DNA of 64,000 nt from an uncultured Pseudomonadales bacterium (GTDB lineage Bacteria; Patescibacteriota; Microgenomatia; UBA1400; PJMF01). The notes under the pieces were generated by a model, which made no database searches, was not told the origin of the DNA, and saw only the letters and a program-made list of their open reading frames with translations. Shown piece by piece: positions 55,850 to 64,000 of the stretch. Position 1 is the first letter of the stretch. Each line of letters begins with the position of its first letter. The DNA lies in contig CAZFRD010000002.1 in the NCBI GenBank assembly GCA_964521215.1, positions 10,798 through 74,797 on the forward strand, given 5' to 3'. The translations under genes and the position numbers were made by a program.

Positions 55850-56956
55850 ATGAAACTATCAGTTAAACAGACTTCGCTTCAAAAAGTTTTAAGAGTTGTG
55901 CAAAAAAGTGTTTCCACTAAACCACAACTCCCCATCCTTTCCAGCATTTTACTCAAAGCGGAAGGCAAATCACTCTTTCTTTATTCCACCGATCTTTACA
56001 CTGGAGTTGCGGTGGAAGTAGAGGCTGAGGTAGAACGGGAAGGCATTTTTGCCGTACCCGGTAAGTATTTCACTCAGGTGGTTAACTCACTTTCCGCACC
56101 AACCATTAGTCTTGAAGTTAAAGACAACAACTTACTAGTGCAAGCAAAAGATTCCCTTACTAAGCTTGTTGGTCTCAATGCGGAAGATTTTCCAGCCTTT
56201 CCAGTAATTGATGCGACCAAAAAAGTCATCCCCGTCAAGGAGCTTCAAGAGTCATTAATGAGCGTCGCTTTTAGTGCCTCATCAGACCAGACTAGGCCAA
56301 CTTTAACCGGCATTTTATTTTCATTTGAAACCTCCAAGACTCATCTCATCGCCACCGACGGATTTAGGCTTTCTGTTCGCACTATTGACGTTCCCATCGA
56401 AAAAGAAGGCTCAATTTTAGTCCCCGCCAAAGCCCTGGTGGACATTTTTAAAACCTCGGAAGAGGAAAAAGTTACTTCGGTCTCATTTGCTTTATCTACC
56501 GAATTAAAACAGGTGAAATTCGAAGTTGGGTCGTTTGCGTTTTATATTAGGCTTCTTGATGGAGAGTATCCTCCATATAAAAAAATTATCCCCTCGCAAA
56601 TTACAACGACCGTCAGTTGTAACAAAAATGATTTGGAAGAAAAACTGCATCAAGCGCTAATTTTTAATCAGGACAATTCTTTTATCACTCAGTTTAGAAT
56701 TAAAACCGCCGGCGTGACTCTCTTTTCTACCTCTCCCAGCGCCGGCGAAAACACCTCGGAACTAGCCGGAGCTACCGTGAAAGGAGAGGAAGTTACTATT
56801 GCATTTAATACCCGCTATTTACTAGATTTCATTAAGGTGGTGGAGGATGATTGGATTGAGATTGAGATCGCCGAAAGCCTCAAGCCGGCGAGACTAAAAG
56901 TTCAGTCATTACCAGACTTCCAATATGTAGTGATGCCCTTCAGGGTAACCTCATAA
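55850..56956 (+). CDS. dnaN: DNA polymerase III beta subunit (sliding clamp)
   Basis: 368-aa three-domain beta-clamp-like sequence located directly after dnaA and the oriC spacer. Confidence 0.85.
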   Translation: MKLSVKQTSLQKVLRVVQKSVSTKPQLPILSSILLKAEGKSLFLYSTDLYTGVAVEVEAEVEREGIFAVPGKYFTQVVNSLSAPTISLEVKDNNLLVQAKDSLTKLVGLNAEDFPAFPVIDATKKVIPVKELQESLMSVAFSASSDQTRPTLTGILFSFETSKTHLIATDGFRLSVRTIDVPIEKEGSILVPAKALVDIFKTSEEEKVTSVSFALSTELKQVKFEVGSFAFYIRLLDGEYPPYKKIIPSQITTTVSCNKNDLEEKLHQALIFNQDNSFITQFRIKTAGVTLFSTSPSAGENTSELAGATVKGEEVTIAFNTRYLLDFIKVVEDDWIEIEIAESLKPARLKVQSLPDFQYVVMPFRVTS

Positions 56957-56964
56957 TTTATAGT

Positions 56965-56970
56965 GTATAA
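56965..56970 (+). promoter_or_regulatory. -10 hexamer TATAAT 9 nt upstream of the rpmH ATG
   Basis: agtgTATAATgcccccttATG. Confidence 0.4.
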
Positions 56971-56979
56971 TGCCCCCTT

Positions 56980-57117
56980 ATGGCAAAACGAACTTGGCAA
57001 CCAAAAAAGAAAAAAAGACAAAAAAAACACGGGTTTTTATCTAGGATGAGAACTCTAACGGGTAGAAGTCTGCTCAAGCGCAGACGATCCAAGGGGAGAA
57101 AATCCTTAACCGTGTAA
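56980..57117 (+). CDS. rpmH: 50S ribosomal protein L34
   Basis: 45-aa translation [45 protein letters not shown], the classic L34 sequence. It is below the 60-aa track cut-off. Confidence 0.85.
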   Translation: MAKRTWQPKKKKRQKKHGFLSRMRTLTGRSLLKRRRSKGRKSLTV

Positions 57118-57135
57118 TTGGCTTTTTTGACGTTC

Positions 57136-57333
57136 ATGAAAAACAAAATCCTGCTACATTTACAAGTTTTTACTAAAACACTAAGAGTTAGTCTTTTACA
57201 AAACACATTTGGTTTTACTTCTCAGTGCAAACACTCCCCCACTTGTGGCGATTATTGTTTCGAGATGATGCGAAAACACGGTGTATATAAGGGGCTACTA
57301 TTAGGATTTGGGCGTCTAAAATCCTGTCGGTAG
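57136..57333 (+). CDS. yidD: Membrane protein insertion efficiency factor YidD
   Basis: CKHSPTCGDYCFEMMRKHGVYKGLLLGFGRLKSC matches the YidD motif (C.f.PTCS.Y...G...G..L...Ri.rC). The ATG at 57136 was preferred over the TTG at 57118. Confidence 0.7.
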   Translation: MKNKILLHLQVFTKTLRVSLLQNTFGFTSQCKHSPTCGDYCFEMMRKHGVYKGLLLGFGRLKSCR

Positions 57334-57348
57334 TAAAGAAAGAAGAGT

Positions 57349-58110
57349 ATGGAAAACCTAAGTCTATTTATGGCAACATTTAATTACTACTTTTCTTTAC
57401 TACTGGCTTTTTTAAGCCAACTAACTGGCAACCTGGGCTTGGGAATTACCTTGTTTACCATTGTTTTACGTATGGTTTTATTCCCCCTCACTCTTAGCTC
57501 GCTCAAGGCAGCGAGGAAAATGAGGTTGCTCCAACCAGAACTAACCAAACTCCAAAAACTTCACAAAGGAGATGCGTCTGGGTTGCAAAAGGCCCAACTC
57601 AAGCTCTATCAAGACAATAAAATTAATCCTCTCGCCGGCTGTCTACCTCAAATTTTACAACTAGTTTTATTAATTGTGTTGTACCAAGGTTTAATCCACT
57701 TTTTCTCACTCGAACAAGTGGGTGGGTATGTCATCAATCCGTCTTTTTTGTGGATGAATTTGGGTAAGCCGGATCAGTTTTATATTTTGCCAATTTTGGC
57801 TGGAGTCTCGCAATTTGGATTATCACTCCTAATGATGGGGCCCATTGGTAAGGCAGAAAAAAATAAGAAGGCAGAAAACAGTAAGAAAGTAGAGAAAAAT
57901 AAGAAAGATGAGGCAGAAGGGCCAGATATGGCCTCCATGATGCAAAAACAAATGCTCTACGTAATGCCTATTTTTAGCGCCTTTATTGCCCTAAAATTAC
58001 CAGCTGGTCTGGTGTTGTATTGGGTGGTTTCTACGGTTGTTAGCACCATTCAACAACTGTATGCCAATCGGGCAGCCGATAAAGACTCAGGCGCACTGAT
58101 TAAGAGATAA
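57349..58110 (+). CDS. yidC: Membrane protein insertase YidC/Oxa1 (short form)
   Basis: 253 aa with about 5 TM helices, in the conserved position after rpmH and yidD and before jag. It has the YidC core motifs (LFPLTLSS...QPEL..LQKLHKGD...NPLAGCLPQILQ). Confidence 0.8.
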   Translation: MENLSLFMATFNYYFSLLLAFLSQLTGNLGLGITLFTIVLRMVLFPLTLSSLKAARKMRLLQPELTKLQKLHKGDASGLQKAQLKLYQDNKINPLAGCLPQILQLVLLIVLYQGLIHFFSLEQVGGYVINPSFLWMNLGKPDQFYILPILAGVSQFGLSLLMMGPIGKAEKNKKAENSKKVEKNKKDEAEGPDMASMMQKQMLYVMPIFSAFIALKLPAGLVLYWVVSTVVSTIQQLYANRAADKDSGALIKR

Positions 58111-58130
58111 AAATAATTAGAGGAGAGTTT

Positions 58131-58595
58131 ATGGACATTCAACAATTCATTGAAAAAATACTAGAACACGCTGGCGTAGCTCAGGCCGAAGTCGCTGTGA
58201 CTGATTTGGAAAAAGAAATAGTTGTCAGCATTAAAGTTTCTGAGGAAGAGGCTGGACTACTCGTTGGTAGACATGGGGAAACACTCACGGCGCTCCAAAG
58301 ACTCGCAAGAGTTTTGTACGGACAAAACAACGCCGAAAAACGGCTTGTGGTTGACATTAACGACTACCGTGCGAAACGACTAGACAACATCCGTTCTTTG
58401 CTTATCACAGCGGCCGACAAAGTATTAGAAACTGGACAACCAACCACCCTAAACACTTACCTTTCGCCGTCAGAAAGATATTTTGTTCACTCAACCCTGG
58501 GCGAAGACCCCAAATATACGGGACTCGAAAGTTTCTCGATTGGAGAAGATCGGGGTAGAAGAATAATTATTCAACCAAAGGAAAATCACGCATGA
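58131..58595 (+). CDS. jag: Jag/KhpB-like RNA-binding protein (KH plus R3H domains)
   Basis: 154 aa in the conserved position downstream of yidC. R3H-like C-terminal segment (YLSPSERYFVHSTLGEDPKYTG). Confidence 0.65.
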   Translation: MDIQQFIEKILEHAGVAQAEVAVTDLEKEIVVSIKVSEEEAGLLVGRHGETLTALQRLARVLYGQNNAEKRLVVDINDYRAKRLDNIRSLLITAADKVLETGQPTTLNTYLSPSERYFVHSTLGEDPKYTGLESFSIGEDRGRRIIIQPKENHA

Positions 58596-59029
58596 TGAGT
58601 GCGGGTGCTTCTCAGTCGGTGCTTTCAATTTATACCGACGGAGGATCTAGGGGCAACCCAGGTGCGGCTGCCACGGGCGTCGTTTTTTATATCGATGGGG
58701 CTGAGGTGCTAAGACAGGGAAAATACCTGGGCAGCCAAACAAACAATTTTGCAGAATACCAAGCCTTTTTAGATTCGCTTTTGGAATATCTGGCTCAAAA
58801 AGAAACGTGGAGAGTTACTGAAATTCGCTGGTTTCTTGATTCAAAACTTGTGGTTGAACAACTCAATGGTGCTTGGAGGGTAAAAGAATTGGCGCTCAGA
58901 GGGTTGTGGCAAGAATGTAATAACTTACTCGCTAAGTTGAAAATTCCCTACTCCATTTCCCATATTCCTCGAGAAAACAACGTGGTTGCAGACTCAATCG
59001 TCAATCAAACACTTGATGAAGTGGCTTAG
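58592..59029 (+). CDS. rnhA: Ribonuclease HI
   Basis: SIYTDGGSRGNPGAAATGVV carries the RNase H DEDD first Asp, with downstream E/D residues. 145 aa. Confidence 0.85.
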   Translation: MMSAGASQSVLSIYTDGGSRGNPGAAATGVVFYIDGAEVLRQGKYLGSQTNNFAEYQAFLDSLLEYLAQKETWRVTEIRWFLDSKLVVEQLNGAWRVKELALRGLWQECNNLLAKLKIPYSISHIPRENNVVADSIVNQTLDEVA

Positions 59030-59050
59030 AAGACGATAGGATGCAAGTAC

Positions 59051-61990
59051 ATGAAAACTGCCCTTATTCAAGAAGAGCCAGTGGTGGCGGTGTTTTGTCA
59101 GAATCAAATCCTGACGAATTATTTTGTGAGTTTTTTAACCAGCGGAGGATTTGCTAGCTGGGTCTTTTCACCAAGTAATCCCATTCTAAAAGAGATAAAA
59201 GTCTACAAATGTTTAGTATTACTCACGGGCTTGGAAACCAAGGTTGAAGCCGAAAAACTATTGCTTGCGGCGTCACAACTGGGTGTTAATACCTTGGTTT
59301 GTCTCCCCACTCTGCCCCAACTAAGTGGGGCGGTGCCAGAACTCCAAGCGTTTTGGCAGACCTGGTTTTCACACACCAATGAGTTATTAACTCAATCGGT
59401 GGCCCAACTTACTACGGCTCAATTCATTTTGGTTGACGGCTGGGTAGATGAGCTTGGGGCGGAGCTTGTTTCTCCACTTAGCCTGCTTTTATCTAGTGTT
59501 TCTGAGGGCTTTTATTGGCAGTGCCGGTCGCCACTCTCCCTAGTTACCACCAAGCAACTGACTCAGGTAGTGTTGGGCAACTTAGGGCGACCGGCGGTGA
59601 TGCCCTCAATTTTACTTCGGGGTGAAAGCTGTGATTACTTTGCTGTATCAAACCAAATTGTGAGTTTGTATGAGACATATTTTCACACTCAAGTCCGACC
59701 AGTTGCTACTCAGGTTGCGCTTGAACTAAAACCGCTGTTTTTGGTTCAAGCGCAACAAACACCTTCACCTCAACAAAATATTGTCACAGCAATCGCCCAG
59801 CATCTACCGCCCCCAGGCAAAAAGAGTTGGGTGCTAGTGCCACCAGCAACATCGGCGCCACTGTCAATTTTAACGCCATCAAAGCCTGTTCAAACTACCC
59901 AGATCACCGAGGTTAGAAATCGGGTTAATTTGATTGCTAATCCTCAATTAGTCAGTCAGCCCACAAGTCAATCCACCACTAAGTCAAGCATCCAGATCAC
60001 TAATGTTGATACTCCAGTTGAGGTGACCACAAGTTTGTCTGCTCCCCCAGTTAAACCCTTAATTTTGGGTGATCAGCTAGAAAAAATTTTCTCTCAAACT
60101 CGGGTTAAAGAGAAAGAAAAACATCTTTTAAAGTTACAAAAGACCGAAAAAAAAGCACAAAAAAAACTCAAGCACAACAAGCTACTGTTTATTCTAGGCT
60201 CAATTAGCTCGGGTATTTCTCTGGCAATCCTATTATTGGTTGTGGCGTTTGTCACCACAACCACTTTGGCAAGAAAACAGTTATTTGCCGCTACTCCACA
60301 GTCGTTAGCCACCTTTTCTGAGTCTGGTGATCCTTCTCCTTCGCTAGGTATCACCATGGGTGTGTTGCAACCACAACTCCGCCTTATTGGTCAATTTGTG
60401 GATCACCCCTTAGTTGATGAGTCTCAGTCGTTGGTTGACGCTTTTCAACGACTAAGCACCATTCAGACACTAGAGAAAGAGCGACAAACCCTTGAATTAG
60501 CCATCGCTGGCCATATTATGGGTCAGCAAACCACTTCTCTAGAGGGGGTACTTGAAGATTTTACTCGCCTCACCCAGACTTCATACACCAATATGGCCCA
60601 ACTCCAATCGCTGTTCATCCCCACAGATTTGAGCGAAGACATTAATAAAGAATGGTTTGGTAGTTTGAACAATCTTATTAGCCAGAAAAAAAACATGGCG
60701 GGATATTTACAAACTCTGTCTCCCCTACTTCCGTCGCTTCTGGGTTTGGAGGATAAACCGAGGATTTATGCAATTTTGTTTTTAAACTCATCAGAGCTTC
60801 GACCAACTGGTGGATTTGTGCAAGCTGTGGCGCTCATCACTGTCGAAAAGGGACAAATTACCGCCACCCAAACCCTGAGTAGTTACGAAATCGATCGGCG
60901 TATTGGCGGGGTAATTGAGCCACCTCAAGACCTAGAAGACATCTTGAAGGAAAAGTCGTGGTACTTTAGAGACAGCAATTGGGATCCGCACCATCCAGAA
61001 AGCGCTAAGCGAGCGGCTTGGTTTATCGAAAAAGCTATGGGCGTTAGTGTCGACGGCGTGGTCTCGATGCCCACCACCGCTTTTGCCAAGCTACTAGATA
61101 CCACTGGGCCCCTCACGCTCCCCCAATATAACGAAAGTTTGACGAGTAAAAATATTCAAGAACGCCTAAATTTTCACGCCGAAGTCGAGTTGAGTGATCA
61201 GTTAAAAAACTACCCCAGCGCGGTGTTGGATGTTTTTTTTCAACACATTTTAAAAAAATCCAGTCAAGAATTTTTAGCGATTGTTTCAACCCTGCCCGAG
61301 CTATTTACGTCTGGAGATTTGCAGGTTAGCTTGTTGGAAGAAGCCGAACAAGAAATAATGCAACCCCTGCGTTGGTCTGGATCGTTGGTGTTGCCCATCT
61401 GCCCCAGTCAGTTTTCTCAGGTTCCCTGCGTTGTAGATTCGGTGTATCAGGTGGAAACTAATGTGGGTGTCAACCGAGTCAACTCTAGCATTAAGCGAAA
61501 AATTGAGGAGAATATTCAATTACTACCCGATTCAGTTAAACATCAGCGGAAGACTCAGCTTTCCAATACTGCTACCACCACGGCTTGGCCTAGTGGTCAG
61601 TACTCAGTTTATATTCGTTGGTTTTTGCCGCTGAAAAACGTTCTAGACGAAGTGGTGATCAATGGAATAAAAATTGACCAAAACAAACTAAGAATATCTC
61701 AAGAACACGGGATGTTAGTGGTGGGCGTGTTAGCCGAAGTCCCAATCCAGACGTCGGTGAATATTGAGTTGAATTATCACCAACCAACCACCCAGGCTCT
61801 CCCCTACTCTTACTTTTTCTTTGATCAAAAACAACCAGGAACCGAACTGGAAACCTACCAAGTCATTGTTGAACAGCCGACTGGTTCTTCAGTAGTGCGC
61901 TTGGCCCCCAACGCTTTAATTGAGTCCCCCACTCTCACTTTTGAGCCAGATAAAACTGGTCACCGGTTGACCGCAGTTCAGTTTAAATAA
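59051..61990 (+). CDS. Large bitopic membrane protein of unknown function (979 aa)
   Basis: About 370 aa of cytoplasmic N-terminal region, a single TM helix (LLFILGSISSGISLAILLLVVAFV) and a ~580-aa extracytoplasmic domain. No motif recognised. Confidence 0.4.
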   Translation: MKTALIQEEPVVAVFCQNQILTNYFVSFLTSGGFASWVFSPSNPILKEIKVYKCLVLLTGLETKVEAEKLLLAASQLGVNTLVCLPTLPQLSGAVPELQAFWQTWFSHTNELLTQSVAQLTTAQFILVDGWVDELGAELVSPLSLLLSSVSEGFYWQCRSPLSLVTTKQLTQVVLGNLGRPAVMPSILLRGESCDYFAVSNQIVSLYETYFHTQVRPVATQVALELKPLFLVQAQQTPSPQQNIVTAIAQHLPPPGKKSWVLVPPATSAPLSILTPSKPVQTTQITEVRNRVNLIANPQLVSQPTSQSTTKSSIQITNVDTPVEVTTSLSAPPVKPLILGDQLEKIFSQTRVKEKEKHLLKLQKTEKKAQKKLKHNKLLFILGSISSGISLAILLLVVAFVTTTTLARKQLFAATPQSLATFSESGDPSPSLGITMGVLQPQLRLIGQFVDHPLVDESQSLVDAFQRLSTIQTLEKERQTLELAIAGHIMGQQTTSLEGVLEDFTRLTQTSYTNMAQLQSLFIPTDLSEDINKEWFGSLNNLISQKKNMAGYLQTLSPLLPSLLGLEDKPRIYAILFLNSSELRPTGGFVQAVALITVEKGQITATQTLSSYEIDRRIGGVIEPPQDLEDILKEKSWYFRDSNWDPHHPESAKRAAWFIEKAMGVSVDGVVSMPTTAFAKLLDTTGPLTLPQYNESLTSKNIQERLNFHAEVELSDQLKNYPSAVLDVFFQHILKKSSQEFLAIVSTLPELFTSGDLQVSLLEEAEQEIMQPLRWSGSLVLPICPSQFSQVPCVVDSVYQVETNVGVNRVNSSIKRKIEENIQLLPDSVKHQRKTQLSNTATTTAWPSGQYSVYIRWFLPLKNVLDEVVINGIKIDQNKLRISQEHGMLVVGVLAEVPIQTSVNIELNYHQPTTQALPYSYFFFDQKQPGTELETYQVIVEQPTGSSVVRLAPNALIESPTLTFEPDKTGHRLTAVQFK

Positions 61991-62026
61991 GTTGATTAAT
62001 TTTGCCACCGTCAGATGAAAATAATT

Positions 62027-62035
62027 TGATATAAT
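62027..62035 (+). promoter_or_regulatory. Extended -10 element TGATATAAT upstream of rplY/ctc
   Basis: tttGATATAATac, with the SD AAAGGAG 5 nt before the ATG at 62059. Confidence 0.45.
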
Positions 62036-62058
62036 ACTTGCCTAATTAAAGGAGTGTT

Positions 62059-62760
62059 ATGACCGATAATAAAATTACTTTTCACGTGCTCGAGAGAAAG
62101 TTGTTTGGCAAGGCTGTAAAAAAGCTAAAACGAGAGGGATATGTTCCCGCCAACGTCTATGGTTTAAATCAAGAATCACTTTCACTGGTACTAGAAAAAA
62201 AAGCGGTTGAAAAACAACTCAAACATTCCGAATCTGGTTTGGTTTACTTAGATTTAAGTGACCAGAATAAAACCATCCCTGCTCTGATTGATGTGGTTGA
62301 TCGTCATGTGATGACTAACGAATTACAGCATGTTTCGTTCAAAAGAGTCAACTTGACCGATAAAGTCGTGACCGATATCGAGTTGATTTTGGAGGGTGAA
62401 AACACGGTGCCCAACACCACAATCCTTCAGGTGCTCAACTCGGTTGAAGTTGAGTCTCTACCCACCGCTATTCCCGACCCAATCGTCATTGATGTCACTA
62501 AGTTGACTGAGGTGGGACAGGTAATTACAATAAAAGATCTGATTGATCAAACAAGACTTGCGATTGTTTGTGACGAAGATCAATTAGAAAATCCCGTCGT
62601 ATTACTCCAAGAAGTCAAAGAAGAGGTGGAGGAGGAAACCACCGAACCTCAAGAAACAATCATTACGGGCAAGGGTGGAGCGGCAGTCGACGAGGAGGCT
62701 GAGGACGCTGGCGCCCAGGGTGGAGAGAAAAAAGAGACTGTGGTTGACGAAGCCGAGTAG
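62059..62760 (+). CDS. rplY: 50S ribosomal protein L25 / general stress protein Ctc with acidic C-terminal extension
   Basis: The N-terminus LERKLFGKAVKKLKREGYVPANVYG is the L25/Ctc signature. The C-terminal 60 aa are Glu/Asp-rich. Confidence 0.85.
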   Translation: MTDNKITFHVLERKLFGKAVKKLKREGYVPANVYGLNQESLSLVLEKKAVEKQLKHSESGLVYLDLSDQNKTIPALIDVVDRHVMTNELQHVSFKRVNLTDKVVTDIELILEGENTVPNTTILQVLNSVEVESLPTAIPDPIVIDVTKLTEVGQVITIKDLIDQTRLAIVCDEDQLENPVVLLQEVKEEVEEETTEPQETIITGKGGAAVDEEAEDAGAQGGEKKETVVDEAE

Positions 62761-62763
62761 ACC

Positions 62764-63099
62764 TTACTTCTTATTATTTAGCGCCTCTTCAAGAATTTTT
62801 ACTTGTTGTTGTACCAGTACGGATCGTGGCTGGATTTCCTCGAGTGTTTTCCATTGATGATAAAGTTGTTGGATTTGTGATTGAGAATAGTAGCCAGAAG
62901 TTGGCTCGTCGTATGTTTGGGGTAGGGGAGAGGAATTTAAAAGCGGCAAAAGTGACTCGAGTAGTAGGGAAAAAACCACGATTAAGAAGATTGAAAGACT
63001 GAGAAAAAAAGGCTGATATCTTTTAGTAAATGCCAACAACAGTTGAGTGAGTGTTTCAACCAAAAGATAGGCGAGTCGTAGAGAAAATATTAGTCCCAC
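62764..63099 (-). CDS. Small hydrophobic protein (hypothetical)
   Basis: 111-aa ORF with 2 predicted TM helices. Confidence 0.3.
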   Translation of the reverse strand: MGLIFSLRLAYLLVETLTQLLLAFTKRYQPFFLSLSIFLIVVFSLLLESLLPLLNSSPLPQTYDEPTSGYYSQSQIQQLYHQWKTLEEIQPRSVLVQQQVKILEEALNNKK

Positions 63100-63129
63100 T
63101 CCCTTAGTATATCGCTTTTTCTCAGAAAA

Positions 63130-64000
63130 TCAGTTGGGGAGTGGTTCACTAGCGCTTGGCCAAGAGCTAGTGGCAAGTAGATCACCGGTGACAAGCTTGG
63201 CCTGAACCAACTCATGCCAAATTACCTCGGTGACGAAGGGTATAAAAGGGTGAAGTTGCTTAACAAAAACTAGTAATCCAGCTATCAAATCATCGGTTTT
63301 CAACAAACCATGTTTGTGTCGTTCAATTTCTATATCACAATACCAATGCCAAAACTCGTTATAAAGCGTGTCGGCGGCTAAACCGGGTTTCAGCGAGCTG
63401 AGTTGTTGAGTGACGTCATGACTTACCTGAATAAGTTTTTGGTTAAAATCAGTGTTGTCAGCTGGGGCTGAATCAGCCATGGACTCATTTTTTACGGTTA
63501 ATACGTAGCGGGCCGCATTCCATAATTTATTGGTAAAATTGCGGGCGGCCCGAAAATCGGCATCGGCCACTACCTTGTCTTGCCCAGGTGTAGACCGAAT
63601 AATGAGGGCGAGGCGCAGAGCGTCGGCGCCGTATTTTTCCACGATCTCTAGAGGATTAATGACGTTGCCCTTGCTTTTACTCATTTTTTGACCCCTGGTG
63701 TCACGAATTAGTCCGTGCAAATACACGTGAGCAAAGGGCGTTTCTCCGGTGAGATAGGTGCAGAGTAACAGCATGCGCATCACCCAGAACAGTAAAATAT
63801 CGTAGGCTGTTTCCATAACTGTGGTGGGGTAGTAGTGATCAAAATCCGTGGGGTTGGCTTGCGTTTTGAGTGTCACTACGGGCCATTGTCCAGACGAAAA
63901 CCAAGTATCAAAAGTATCAGTTTCAGGTAAATACTGATGTTCGTCATTTGGTTGTTGGGCGCCAACTTGGTAGGGCACGGCGGTGGAGGCACTGAGAGTT
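63130..64000 (-). CDS. valS: Class I aminoacyl-tRNA synthetase, ValRS-like (3' part; N-terminus beyond window end)
   Basis: KMSKSKGNVINP motif and DTWFSSGQWP, typical of the Val/Ile/Leu-RS editing-class enzymes, followed by an anticodon-binding-like region. The gene continues past position 64000. Confidence 0.75.
   Translation of the reverse strand, partial: TLSASTAVPYQVGAQQPNDEHQYLPETDTFDTWFSSGQWPVVTLKTQANPTDFDHYYPTTVMETAYDILLFWVMRMLLLCTYLTGETPFAHVYLHGLIRDTRGQKMSKSKGNVINPLEIVEKYGADALRLALIIRSTPGQDKVVADADFRAARNFTNKLWNAARYVLTVKNESMADSAPADNTDFNQKLIQVSHDVTQQLSSLKPGLAADTLYNEFWHWYCDIEIERHKHGLLKTDDLIAGLLVFVKQLHPFIPFVTEVIWHELVQAKLVTGDLLATSSWPSASEPLPN

Noticed and set aside
56958-57206. Reverse-strand ORF 56958-57206 (82 aa)
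   Set aside because: It overlaps the clearly identifiable rpmH (L34) and yidD genes on the plus strand, and its translation is low-complexity and Cys/Phe-rich.
1-64000. rRNA, tRNA, tmRNA and RNase P RNA genes
   Set aside because: No intergenic segment is long enough or shows recognisable cloverleaf or conserved-motif structure on manual inspection. An automated scan (tRNAscan, Infernal) would be needed to be definitive.

Overview
This is a 64-kb chromosomal segment spanning the replication origin (dnaA–dnaN plus rpmH–yidD–yidC–jag–rnhA) of a small, ~44% GC genome. Gene content points to a CPR/Patescibacteria (Saccharibacteria-like) organism, which is an inference. Genes at 1–27 kb lie mostly on the minus strand: a PilC/PilB type-IV-pilus operon that also contains a VirD4/TraG-like ATPase, housekeeping genes (lgt, nagZ-like, pth, DNA ligase, recF), two VapBC pairs flanking a Fic gene, and a SpoIID-like protein. 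The region 27–54 kb, all on the plus strand and ending 80 nt upstream of dnaA, is an unusual type-IV-secretion-like locus. It has ten tandem VirB2/TrbC-like pilin paralogs, some carrying variable Cys-rich ectodomains. It also encodes a 1274-aa secreted Cys-rich protein, a VirB6-like polytopic protein, a 1376-aa bitopic protein ending in an M23 peptidase (PrgK-like), a PrgI/VirB3-like protein fused to a carboxypeptidase-regulatory-like domain, and a VirB4 ATPase that may be split into two ORFs. A block of unknown genes, including a 1070-aa protein on the opposite strand, sits inside the locus. I found no relaxase, integrase, rRNA, tRNA or CRISPR array. Several promoters place TATAAT only 7–10 nt before the start codon, which predicts leaderless mRNAs. 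Coordinates not taken from the ORF track are approximate (±2 nt).
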